From positions 496,001 to 560,000 of the forward strand of contig CAXHJY010001477.1 of NCBI GenBank assembly GCA_964016885.1: a DNA stretch of 64,000 nucleotides, read 5' to 3'. The notes under the pieces are model-generated. The model worked only from the letters and a program-made list of their open reading frames with translations. It had not been told where the DNA came from and ran no database searches. The stretch is from Eledone cirrhosa. Taxonomy: Eukaryota. A program made the position numbers and the translations under genes. Each line of letters begins with the position of its first letter. Positions within the stretch are counted from its first letter, which is position 1. Shown here in pieces: positions 1 through 18,000 of the stretch.

Positions 1-3000
1 TACATGTGAATATATATATACACACAAGTATAGACATACATGTGAATATATATATATATACACACACAAGTATAGACATACATGTGAATATATATATATA
101 CACACACACAAGTATAGACATACATGTGATTATATATATACACACACAAGTATAGACATGCATGTGAATATATATATATACACATACACAAGTATAGACA
201 TACATGTGAATATATATATATACACACAAGTATAGACATACATTTGAATATATATATATATACACACAAGTATAGACATACATGTGATTATATACACACA
301 CACAAGTATAGACATACATGTGAATATATATATATATACACACAAGTATAGACATACATGTGAATATATATACACACACAAGTATACACATACATGTGAA
401 TATATATATATACACAAGTATAGGCATACATGTGAATATATATATATATACACACAAGTATAGACATACAAGTGAATATATATATATATACACACAAGTA
501 TAGACATACATGTGAATATATATATATACACACAAGTATAGACATACATGTGAATATATATACACACACAAGTATAGACATACATTTGAATATATATATA
601 TATACACACAAGTATAGACATACATGTGATTATATACACACACACAAGTATAGACATACATGTGAATATATATATATATATACACACAAGTATAGACATA
701 CATGTGAATATATATATACACACACAAGTATAGACATACATTTGAATATATATATATACACACAAGTATAGACATACATGTGAATATATATATACACACA
801 AGTATAGACATACATGTGAATATATATACACACAAGTATAGACATACATGTGAATATATATATATACAAGTATAGACATACATGTGAATATATATATATA
901 TAAGTATAGACATACACACACATATATACACACACAAGTATACACATACATGTGAATATATATATATACACAAGTATAGGCATACATGTGAATATATATA
1001 TATATACACACAAGTATAGACATACAAGTGAATATATATATATATACACACAAGTATAGACATACATGTGAATATATATATATACACACAAGTATAGACA
1101 TACATGTGAATATATATACACACACAAGTATAGACATACATTTGAATATATATATATATACACACAAGTATAGACATACATGTGATTATATACACACACA
1201 CAAGTATAGACATACATGTGAATATATATATATATATACACACAAGTATAGACATACATGTGAATATATATATACACACACAAGTATAGACATACATTTG
1301 AATATATATATATACACACAAGTATAGACATACATGTGAATATATATATACACACAAGTATAGACATACATGTGAATATATATACACACAAGTATAGACA
1401 TACATGTGAATATATATATATACAAGTATAGACATACATGTGAATATATATATATATAAGTATAGACATACATGTGAATATATATATATACACACACAAG
1501 TATAGACATACATGTGAATATATATATATATACACACAAGTATAGACATACATGTGAATATATATATATACACACAAGTATACACATACATGTGAATATA
1601 TATATATACAAGTATAGACATACATGTGAATATATATATATATAAGTATAGACATACATGTGAATATATATATATATATACACACAAGTATAGACATACA
1701 TGTGAATATATATATACACACAAGTATAGACATACATGTGAATATATATATATACACAAGTATAGACATACATGTGAATATATATATATACACACAAGTA
1801 TAGACATACATGTGAATATATATACACACATAAGTATAGACATACATGTGAGTATATATATACACACAAGTATAGATATACATGTGAATATATATATATA
1901 CACACACAAGTATAGACATACATGTGAATATATATATATACACACAAGTATAGACATACATGTGAATATATATATACACACAAGTATAGAGATACATGTG
2001 AATATATATATATATACACACAAGTATAGACATACATGTGAATCTATATATACACACAAGTATAGACATACAAGTGAATACATATACACACACAAGTATA
2101 GAAATACATGTGAATATATATATATACACACAAGTATAGACATATATTTGAATATATATATATACACACAAGTATAGACATACATGCGAATATATATATA
2201 CACACACAAGTATAGACATACATGTGAATATATATATATATACACACACAAGTATAGACATACATGTGAATATATATATACACACACAAGTATAGACATA
2301 CATGTGAATATATATATATACACACAAGTATAGACATACATGTGAGTATATATATATATACACACAAGTATACACATACATGTGAATATATATATATACA
2401 CACAAGTATAGACATACATGTGAATATATATATATACAAGTATAGACATACATGTGAATATATATATACACACAAGTATAGACATACATGTGAATATATA
2501 TATATACACACACAAGTATAGACATACATGTGAATATATATACACACACAAGTATAGACATACATGTGAATATATATATATATATACACACAAGTATAGA
2601 CATACATGTGAATATATATATATACACACACAAGTATAGACATACATGTGAATATATATATACACACAAGTATAGACATACATGTGAATATATATATACA
2701 CACACAAGTATAGACATACATGTGAATATATATATACACACAAGTATAGACATACATGTGAATATATATATATATATACACACAAGTATAGACATATATG
2801 TGAATCTATATATACACACAAGTATAGACATACATGTGAATATATATACACACACAAGTATACACATACATGTGAATATATATATACACAAGTATAGGCA
2901 TACATGTGAATATATATATATATACACACAAGTATAGACATACAAGTGAATATATATATATATATACACACAAGTATAGACATACATGTGAATATATATA

Positions 3001-6000
3001 TATACACACACAAGTATAGACATCCATGTGAATATATATATACACACACAAGTATAGACATACATGTGAATATATATATATATATACACAAGTATAGACA
3101 TACATGTGAATATATATATACACACAAGTATAGACATACATGTGAATATATATATATACACACACAAGTATAGACATACATGTGAATATATATATATACA
3201 CAAGTATAGACATACATGTGATTATATATATACACACACAAGTATAGACATACATGTGAATATATATATATACACACACACAAGTATAGACATACATGTG
3301 AATATATATATATACACACAAGTATAGACATACATTTGAATATATATATATACACACACAAGTATAGACATACATGTGAATATATATACACACACAAGTA
3401 TAGACATACATTTGAATATATATATATATACACACAAGTATAGACATACATGTGATTATATACACACACACAAGTATAGACATACATGTGAATATATATA
3501 TATATATACACACAAGTATAGACATACAAGTGAATATATATATATATACAAGTATAGACATACATGTGAATATATATATATACACACAAATATACACATA
3601 CATGTGAATATATATATATATACACACACAAGTATAGACATACATGTGAATATATATACACACACAAGTATAGACATACATTTGAATATATATATATACA
3701 CACACAAGTATAAACATACATGTGAATATATATATATACAAGTATAGACATACATGTGAATATATATATATATATACACACAAGTATAGACATACAAGTG
3801 AATATATATATATATACAAGTATAGACATACATGTGAATATATATATATACACACAAATATACACATACATGTGAATATATATATATATACACACACAAG
3901 TATAGACATACATGTGAATATATATATACACACAAGTATAGACATACATGTGAATATATATATATATACACACAAGTATAGACATACATGTTAATATATA
4001 TATATATACACAAGTATAGACATACATGTGATTATATATACACACACAAGTATAGACATACATGTGAATATATATATACACACAAGTATAGACATACATG
4101 TGAATATATATACACACACAAGTATAGACATACATGTGATTATATATACACACACAAGTATAGACATACATGTGAATATATATATATATATACACACAAG
4201 TATAGACATACATGTGAATATATATATATACATACACACAAGTATACACATACATGTGAATATATATATACACACAAGTATAGACATACATGTGAATATA
4301 TATATATATACACACAAGTATAGACATACATGTGAATATATATATACACACACAAGTATAGACATACATGTGAATATATATATATACACACACAAGTATA
4401 GACATACATGTGAATATATATATACACACACAAGTATAGACATACATGTGATTATATATATACACACACAAGTATAGACATACATGTGAATATATATATA
4501 TAAACACAAGTATACACATACATGTGAATATATATATATACACACACAAGTATAGACATACATGTGAATATATATATACACACAAGTATAGACATACATG
4601 TGAATATATATATATACACACACAAGTATAGACATACATGTGAATATATATATACACACAAGTATAGACATACATGTGAATATATATATATACACACAAG
4701 TATAGACATACATGTGAATATATATATACACACAAGTATAGACATACATGTGAATATAAATATATACACACACAAGTATAGACATACATGTGAATATATA
4801 TATACACAAGTATAGACGTACATGTGAATATATATATACACACAATTATAGACATACATGTGAATATATATATATACACACAAGTATAGACATACATGTG
4901 AATATATATATATATACACACACAATTATAGACATACATGTGAATATATATATATATACACACAAGTATAGACATACATGTGATTATATATACACACACA
5001 AGTATAGACATACATGTGAATATATATATATACACACACAAGTATAGACATACACGTGAATATATATATATATATATATACAAGTATAGACATACATGTG
5101 AATATATATATATATACACAAGTATAGACATACATGTGAATATATATATACACACAAGTATAGACATACATGTGAATATATATATATATATACACATAAG
5201 TATAGACATACATGTGAATATATATATACACACACAAGTATAGACATACATGTGAATATATATATATACACACACAAGTATAGACATACATGTGAATATA
5301 TATATACACACACAAGTATAGACATACATGTGAATATATATATACACAAGTATAGACGTACATGTGAATATATATATACACACAAGTATAGACATACATG
5401 TGAATATATATATATACACACAAGTATAGACATACATGTGAATATATATATACACACAAGTATAGACATACATGTGAATATATATATACACAAGTATAGA
5501 CATACATGTGAATATATATATACACACAAGTATAGACATACATGTGAATATAAATATATACACACACAAGTATAGACATACATGTGAATATATATATATA
5601 TACACACACAAGTATAGACATACATGTGAATATATATATATATACACACAAGTATAGACATACATGTGATTATATATACACACACAAGTATAGACATACA
5701 TGTGAATATATATATATATATACACACACAAGTATAGACATACATGTGAATATATATATATATATATACAAGTATAGACATACATGTGAATATATATATA
5801 TATACACAAGTATAGACATACATGTGAATATATATATACACACAAGTATAGACATACATGTGAATATATATATATATATACACTCACAAGTATAGACATA
5901 CATGTGAATATATATATATATACAGACACAAGTATAGACATATATGTGAATATATATATATATACACACAAGTATAGACATACAAGTGAATATATATATA

Positions 6001-9000
6001 TATACACGTATAAACATACATGTGATTATATATACACACACAAGTATAAACATACATGTGAATATATATATATACAAGTATAGACATACATGTGAATATA
6101 TATATACACACAAGTATAGACATACATGTGAATATATATATATATATACACACAAGTATAGACATACAAGTGAATATATATATATATACAAGTATAGACA
6201 TACATGTGAATATATATATATACACACAAATATACACATACATGTGAATATATATATATATACACACACAAGTATAGACATACATGTGAATGTATATATA
6301 CACACAAGTATAGACATACATGTGAATATATATATATATACACACAAGTATAGACATACATGTTAATATATATATATATATATACACAAGTATAGACATA
6401 CATGTGATTATATATACACACACAAGTATAGACATACATGTGAATATATATATACACACAAGTATAGACATACATGTGAATATATATACACACACAAGTA
6501 TAGACATACATGTGATTATATATACACACACAAGTATAGACATACATGTGAATATATATATATATATACACACAAGTATAGACATACATGTGAATATATA
6601 TATATACATACACACAAGTATAGACATACATGTGAATATATATATACACACAAGTATAGACATACATGTGAATATATATATACACACACAAGTATAGACA
6701 TACATGTGAATATATATATATACACACACAAGTATAGACATACATGTGAATATATATATACACACACAAGTATAGACATACATGTTAATATATATATATA
6801 CACAAGTATAGACATACATGTGATTATATATACACACACAAGTATAGACATACATGTGAATATATATATATACACACAAGTATAGACATATATTTGAATA
6901 TATATATATACACACAAGTATAGACATACATGTAAATATATATATACACACAAGTATAGACATACATGTGAATATATATATACACAAAAGTATAGACATA
7001 CATGTGAATATATATATATACACACACAAGTATAGACATACATGTGAATATATATATACACACAAGTATAGACATACATGTGAATATATATATACACACA
7101 CAAGTATAGACATATATGTGAATATATATATATACACACAAGTATAGACATATATTTGAATATATATATATACACACAAGTATAGACATATATTTGAATA
7201 TAATATATACACACAAGTATAGACATACATGCGAATATATATATACACACACAAGTATAGACATACATGTGAATATATATATATATACACACACAAGTAT
7301 AGACATACATGTGAATATATATATACACACACAAGTATAGACATACATGTGAATATATATATATACACACAAGTATAGACATACATGTGAGTATATATAT
7401 ATATACACACAAGTATAGACATACATGTGAATATATATATATACACACAAGTATAGACATACATGTGAATATATATATATACAAGTATAGACATACATGT
7501 GAATATATATATACACACAAGTATAGACATACATGTGAATATATATACACACACAAGTATAGACATACATGTGAATATATATATATGCACACAAGTATAG
7601 ACATACATGTGAATATATATATACACACAAGTATAGACATACATGTGAATATATATATATATACACACAAGTATAGACATATATGTGAATCTATATATAC
7701 ACACAAGTATAGACATACATGTGAATATATATACACACACAAGTATACACATACATGTGAATATATATATACACAAGTATAGGCATACATGTGAATATAT
7801 ATATATATACACACAAGTATAGACATACAAGTGAATATATATATATATACACACAAGTATAGACATACATGTGAATATATATATATACACACACAAGTAT
7901 AGACATACATGTGAATATATATATACACACACAAGTATAGACATACATGTGAATATATATATATATACACAAGTATAGACATACATGTGAATATATATAT
8001 ATACACACACAAGTATAGACATACATGTGAATATATATATATACACAAGTATAGACATACATGTGAATATATATATATATATATATACACAAGTATAGAC
8101 ATACATGTCAATATATATATACACACAAGTATAGACATACATGTGAATATATATATACACACACAAGTATAGACATACATGTGAATATATATATATACAC
8201 ACACACAAGTATAGACATACATGTGATTATATATATACACACACAAGTATAGACATACATGTGAATATATATATATACACACACACAAGTATAGACATAC
8301 ATGTGAATATATATATATACACACAAGTATAGACATACATTTGAATATATATATATATACACACAAGTATAGACATACATGTGATTATATACACACACAC
8401 AAGTATAGACATACATGTGAATATATATATATATACACACAAGTATAGACATACATGTGAATATATATACACACACAAGTATACACATACATGTGAATAT
8501 ATATATATACACAAGTATAGGCATACATGTGAATATATATATATATACACACAAGTATAGACATACAAGTGAATATATATATATATACACACAAGTATAG
8601 ACATACATGTGAATATATATATATACACACAAGTATAGACATACATGTGAATATATATACACACACAAGTATAGACATACATTTGAATATATATATATAT
8701 ACACACAAGTATAGACATACATGTGATTATATACATACACACAAGTATAGACTTACATGTGAATATATATATATATATACACACAAGTATAGACATACAT
8801 GTGAATATATATATACACACACAAGTATAGACATACATTTGAATATATATATATACACACAAGTATAGACATACATGTGAATATATATATACACACAAGT
8901 ATAGACATACATGTGAATATATATACACACAAGTATAGACATACATGTGAATATATATATATACAAGTATTGACATACATGTGAATATATATATATATAA

Positions 9001-12000
9001 GTATAGACATACATGTGAATATATATATATATATACACACACAAGTATAGACATACATGTGAATATATATATATATACACACAAGTATAGACATACATGT
9101 GAATATATATATATATACACACAAGTATAGACATACATGTGAATATATATATATACAAGTATAGACATACATGTGAATATATATATATATAAGTATAGAC
9201 ATACATGTGAATATATATATATATATACACACAAGTATAGACATACATGTGAATATATATATACACACAAGTATAGACATACATGTGAATATATATATAT
9301 ACACACAAGTATAGACATACATGTGAATATATATACACACATAAGTATAGACATACATGTGAGTATATATATACACACAAGTATAGACATACATGTGAAT
9401 ATATATATATACACACACAAGTATAGACATACATGTGAATATATATATATACACACAAGTATAGACATACATGTGAATATATATATACACACAAGTATAG
9501 AGATACATGTGAATATATATATATATACACACAAGTATAGACATACATGTGAATCTATATATACACACAAGTATAGACATACAAGTGAATACATATACAC
9601 ACACAAGTATAGAAATACATGTGAATATATATATATACACACAAGTATAGACATATATTTGAATATATATATATACACACAAGTATAGACATACATGCGA
9701 ATATATATATACACACACAAGTATAGACATACATGTGAATATATATATATATACACACAAGTATAGACATACATGTGAATATATATATACACACACAAGT
9801 ATAGACATACATGTGAATATATATATATACACACAAGTATAGACATACATGTGAGTATATATATATATACACACAAGTATACACATACATGTGAATATAT
9901 ATATATACACACAAGTATAGACATACATGTGAATATATATATATACAAGTATAGACATACATGTGAATATATATATACACACAAGTATAGACATACATGT
10001 GAATATATATATATACACACACAAGTATAGACATACATGTGAATATATATACACACACAAGTATAGACATACATGTGAATATATATACACACACAAGTAT
10101 ACACATACATGTGAATATATATATACACAAGTATAGGCATACATGTGAATATATATATATATACACACAAGTATAGACATACAAGTGAATATATATATAT
10201 ATACACACAAGTATAGACATACATGTGAATATATATATATACACACACAAGTATAGACATACATGTGAATATATATATACACACACAAGTATAGACATAC
10301 ATGTGAATATATATATACACACACAAGTATAGACATACATGTGAATATATATATATACACACACAAGTATAGACATACATGTGAATATATATATACACAC
10401 ACAAGTATAGACATACATGTGAATATATATATACACACACAAGTATAGACATACATGTGAATATATATATACACACAAGTATAGACATACATGTTAATAT
10501 ATATATATACACAAGTATAGACATACATGTGATTATATATACACACACAAGTATAGACATACATGTGAATATATATATATACACACAAGTATAGACATAT
10601 ATTTGAATATATATATATACACACAAGTATAGACATACATGTAAATATATATATACACACAAGTATAGACATACATGTGAATATATATATACACAAAAGT
10701 ATAGACATACATGTGAATATATATATATACACACACAAGTATAGACATACATGTGAATATATATATACACACACAAGTATAGACATATATGTGAATATAT
10801 ATATATACACACAAGTATAGACATATATTTGAATATATATATATACACACAAGTATAGACATATATTTGAATATAATATATACACACAAGTATAGACATA
10901 CATGCGAATATATATATACACACACAAGTATAGACATACATGTGAATATATATATATATACACACACAAGTATAGACATACATGTGAATATATATATACA
11001 CACACAAGTATAGACATACATGTGAATATATATATATACACACAAGTATAGACATACATGTGAGTATATATATATATACACACAAGTATAGACATACATG
11101 TGAATATATATATATACACACAAGTATAGACATACATGTGAATATATATATATACAAGTATAGACATACATGTGAATATATATATACACACAAGTATAGA
11201 CATACATGTGAATATATATACACACACAAGTATAGACATACATGTGAATATATATATATATATGCACACAAGTATAGACATACATGTGAATATATATATA
11301 CACACAAGTATAGACATACATGTGAATATATATATATATATACACACAAGTATAGACATATATGTGAATCTATATATACACACAAGTATAGACATACATG
11401 TGAATATATATACACACACAAGTATACACATACATGTGAATATATATATACACAAGTATAGGCATACATGTGAATATATATATATATACACACAAGTATA
11501 GACATACAAGTGAATATATATATATATACACACAAGTATAGACATACATGTGAATATATATATATACACACACAAGTATAGACATACATGTGAATATATA
11601 TATACACACACAAGTATAGACATACATGTGAATATATATATATATACACAAGTATAGACATACATGTGAATATATATATACACACAAGTATAGACATACA
11701 TGTGAATATATATATATACACACACAAGTATAGACATACATGTGAATATATATATATACACAAGTATAGACATACATGTGAATATATATATATATATATA
11801 TACACAAGTATAGACATACATGTGAATATATATATACACACAAGTATAGACATACATGTGAATATATATATATATACACACACAAGTATAGACATACATG
11901 TGAATATATATATATACACACACACAAGTATAGACATACATGTGATTATATATATACACACACAAGTATAGACATGCATGTGAATATATATATATACACA

Positions 12001-15000
12001 TACACAAGTATAGACATACATGTGAATATATATATATACACACAAGTATAGACATACATTTGAATATATATATATATACACACAAGTATAGACATACATG
12101 TGATTATATACACACACACAAGTATAGACATACATGTGAATATATATATATATACACACAAGTATAGACATACATGTGAATATATATACACACACAAGTA
12201 TACACATACATGTGAATATATATATATACACAAGTATAGGCATACATGTGAATATATATATATATACATACACACAAGTATAGACATACAAGTGAATATA
12301 TATATATATACACACAAGTATAGACATACATGTGAATATATATATATACACACAAGTATAGACATACATGTGAATATATATACACACACAAGTATAGACA
12401 TACATTTGAATATATATATATATACACACAAGTATAGACATACATGTGATTATATACACACACACAAGTATAGACATACATGTGAATATATATATATATA
12501 TACACACAAGTATAGACATACATGTGAATATATATATACACACACAAGTATAGACATACATTTGAATATATATATATACACACAAGTATAGACATACATG
12601 TGAATATATATATACACACAAGTATAGACATACATGTGAATATATATACACACAAGTATAGACATACATGTGAATATATATATATACAAGTATAGACATA
12701 CATGTGAATATATATATATATAAGTATAGACATACATGTGAATATATATATATACACACACAAGTATAGACATACATGTGAATATATATATATACACAAG
12801 TATAGACATACATGTGAATATATATATATATATATATACACAAGTATAGACATACATGTCAATATATATATACACACAAGTATAGACATACATGTGAATA
12901 TATATATACACACACAAGTATAGACATACATGTGAATATATATATATACACACACACAAGTATAGACATACATGTGATTATATATATACACACACAAGTA
13001 TAGACATACATGTGAATATATATATATATACACAAGTATAGACATACATGTGAATATATATATATACACACACAAGTATAGACATACATGTGAATATATA
13101 TATATACACAAGTATAGACATACATGTGAATATATATATATATATATATACACAAGTATAGACATACATGTCAATATATATATACACACAAGTATAGACA
13201 TACATGTGAATATATATATACACACACAAGTATAGACATACATGTGAATATATATATATACACACACACAAGTATAGACATACATGTGATTATATATATA
13301 CACACACAAGTATAGACATACATGTGAATATATATATATACACACACACAAGTATAGACATACATGTGAATATATATATATACACACAAGTATAGACATA
13401 CATTTGAATATATATATATATACACACAAGTATAGACATACATGTGATTATATACACACACACAAGTATAGACATACATGTGAATATATATATATATACA
13501 CACAAGTATAGACATACATGTGAATATATATACACACACAAGTATACACATACATGTGAATATATATATATACACAAGTATAGGCATACATGTGAATATA
13601 TATATATATACACACAAGTATAGACATACAAGTGAATATATATATATATACACACAAGTATAGACATACATGTGAATATATATATATACACACAAGTATA
13701 GACATACATGTGAATATATATACACACACAAGTATAGACATACATTTGAATATATATATATATACACACAAGTATAGACATACATGTGATTATATACATA
13801 CACACAAGTATAGACTTACATGTGAATATATATATATATATACACACAAGTATAGACATACATGTGAATATATATATACACACACAAGTATAGACATACA
13901 TTTGAATATATATATATACACACAAGTATAGACATACATGTGAATATATATATACACACAAGTATAGACATACATGTGAATATATATACACACAAGTATA
14001 GACATACATGTGAATATATATATATACAAGTATTGACATACATGTGAATATATATATATATAAGTATAGACATACATGTGAATATATATATATATATACA
14101 CACACAAGTATAGACATACATGTGAATATATATATATATACACACAAGTATAGACATACATGTGAATATATATATATATACACACAAGTATAGACATACA
14201 TGTGAATATATATATATACAAGTATAGACATACATGTGAATATATATATATATAAGTATAGACATACATGTGAATATATATATATATATACACACAAGTA
14301 TAGACATACATGTGAATATATATATACACACAAGTATAGACATACATGTGAATATATATATATACACACAAGTATAGACATACATGTGAATATATATACA
14401 CACATAAGTATAGACATACATGTGAGTATATATATACACACAAGTATAGACATACATGTGAATATATATATATACACACACAAGTATAGACATACATGTG
14501 AATATATATATATACACACAAGTATAGACATACATGTGAATATATATATACACACAAGTATAGAGATACATGTGAATATATATATATATACACACAAGTA
14601 TAGACATACATGTGAATCTATATATACACACAAGTATAGACATACAAGTGAATACATATACACACACAAGTATAGAAATACATGTGAATATATATATATA
14701 CACACAAGTATAGACATATATTTGAATATATATATATACACACAAGTATAGACATACATGCGAATATATATATACACACACAAGTATAGACATACATGTG
14801 AATATATATATATATACACACAAGTATAGACATACATGTGAATATATATATACACACACAAGTATAGACATACATGTGAATATATATATATACACACAAG
14901 TATAGACATACATGTGAGTATATATATATATACACACAAGTATACACATACATGTGAATATATATATATACACACAAGTATAGACATACATGTGAATATA

Positions 15001-18000
15001 TATATATACAAGTATAGACATACATGTGAATATATATATACACACAAGTATAGACATACATGTGAATATATATATATACACACACAAGTATAGACATACA
15101 TGTGAATATATATACACACACAAGTATAGACATACATGTGAATATATATACACACACAAGTATACACATACATGTGAATATATATATACACAAGTATAGG
15201 CATACATGTGAATATATATATATATACACACAAGTATAGACATACAAGTGAATATATATATATATACACACAAGTATAGACATACATGTGAATATATATA
15301 TATACACACACAAGTATAGACATACATGTGAATATATATATACACACACAAGTATAGACATACATGTGAATATATATATACACACACAAGTATAGACATA
15401 CATGTGAATATATATATATACACACACAAGTATAGACATACATGTGAATATATATATACACACACAAGTATAGACATACATGTGAATATATATATACACA
15501 CACAAGTATAGACATACATGTGAATATATATATACACACAAGTATAGACATACATGTTAATATATATATATACACAAGTATAGACATACATGTGATTATA
15601 TATACACACACAAGTATAGACATACATGTGAATATATATATATACACACAAGTATAGACATATATTTGAATATATATATATACACACAAGTATAGACATA
15701 CATGTAAATATATATATACACACAAGTATAGACATACATGTGAATATATATATACACAAAAGTATAGACATACATGTGAATATATATATATACACACACA
15801 AGTATAGACATACATGTGAATATATATATACACACACAAGTATAGACATATATGTGAATATATATATATACACACAAGTATAGACATATATTTGAATATA
15901 TATATATACACACAAGTATAGACATATATTTGAATATAATATATACACACAAGTATAGACATACATGCGAATATATATATACACACACAAGTATAGACAT
16001 ACATGTGAATATATATATATATACACACACAAGTATAGACATACATGTGAATATATATATACACACACAAGTATAGACATACATGTGAATATATATATAT
16101 ACACACAAGTATAGACATACATGTGAGTATATATATATATACACACAAGTATAGACATACATGTGAATATATATATATACACACAAGTATAGACATACAT
16201 GTGAATATATATATATACAAGTATAGACATACATGTGAATATATATATACACACAAGTATAGACATACATGTGAATATATATACACACACAAGTATAGAC
16301 ATACATGTGAATATATATATATATATGCACACAAGTATAGACATACATGTGAATATATATATACACACAAGTATAGACATACATGTGAATATATATATAT
16401 ATATACACACAAGTATAGACATATATGTGAATCTATATATACACACAAGTATAGACATACATGTGAATATATATACACACACAAGTATACACATACATGT
16501 GAATATATATATACACAAGTATAGGCATACATGTGAATATATATATATATACACACAAGTATAGACATACAAGTGAATATATATATATACACACAAGTAT
16601 AGACATACATGTGAATATATATATATACACACACAAGTATAGACATACATGTGAATATATATATACACACACAAGTATAGACATACATGTGAATATATAT
16701 ATATATACACAAGTATAGACATACATGTGAATATATATATACACACAAGTATAGACATACATGTGAATATATATATATACACACACAAGTATAGACATAC
16801 ATGTGAATATATATATATACACAAGTATAGACATACATGTGAATATATATATATATATATATACACAAGTATAGACATACATGTGAATATATATATACAC
16901 ACAAGTATAGACATACATGTGAATATATATATATATACACACACAAGTATAGACATACATGTGAATATATATATATACACACACACAAGTATAGACATAC
17001 ATGTGATTATATATATACACACACAAGTATAGACATGCATGTGAATATATATATATACACATACACAAGTATAGACATACATGTGAATATATATATATAC
17101 ACACAAGTATAGACATACATTTGAATATATATATATATACACACAAGTATAGACATACATGTGATTATATACACACACACAAGTATAGACATACATGTGA
17201 ATATATATATATATACACACAAGTATAGACATACATGTGAATATATATACACACACAAGTATACACATACATGTGAATATATATATATACACAAGTATAG
17301 GCATACATGTGAATATATATATATATACATACACACAAGTATAGACATACAAGTGAATATATATATATATACACACAAGTATAGACATACATGTGAATAT
17401 ATATATATACACACAAGTATAGACATACATGTGAATATATATACACACACAAGTATAGACATACATTTGAATATATATATATATACACACAAGTATAGAC
17501 ATACATGTGATTATATACACACACACAAGTATAGACATACATGTGAATATATATATATATATACACACAAGTATAGACATACATGTGAATATATATATAC
17601 ACACACAAGTATAGACATACATTTGAATATATATATATACACACAAGTATAGACATACATGTGAATATATATATACACACAAGTATAGACATACATGTGA
17701 ATATATATACACACAAGTATAGACATACATGTGAATATATATATATACAAGTATAGACATACATGTGAATATATATATATATAAGTATAGACATACATGT
17801 GAATATATATATATACACACACAAGTATAGACATACATGTGAATATATATATATATACACACAAGTATAGACATACATGTGAATATATATATATACACAC
17901 AAGTATACACATACATGTGAATATATATATATACAAGTATAGACATACATGTGAATATATATATATATAAGTATAGACATACATGTGAATATATATATAT

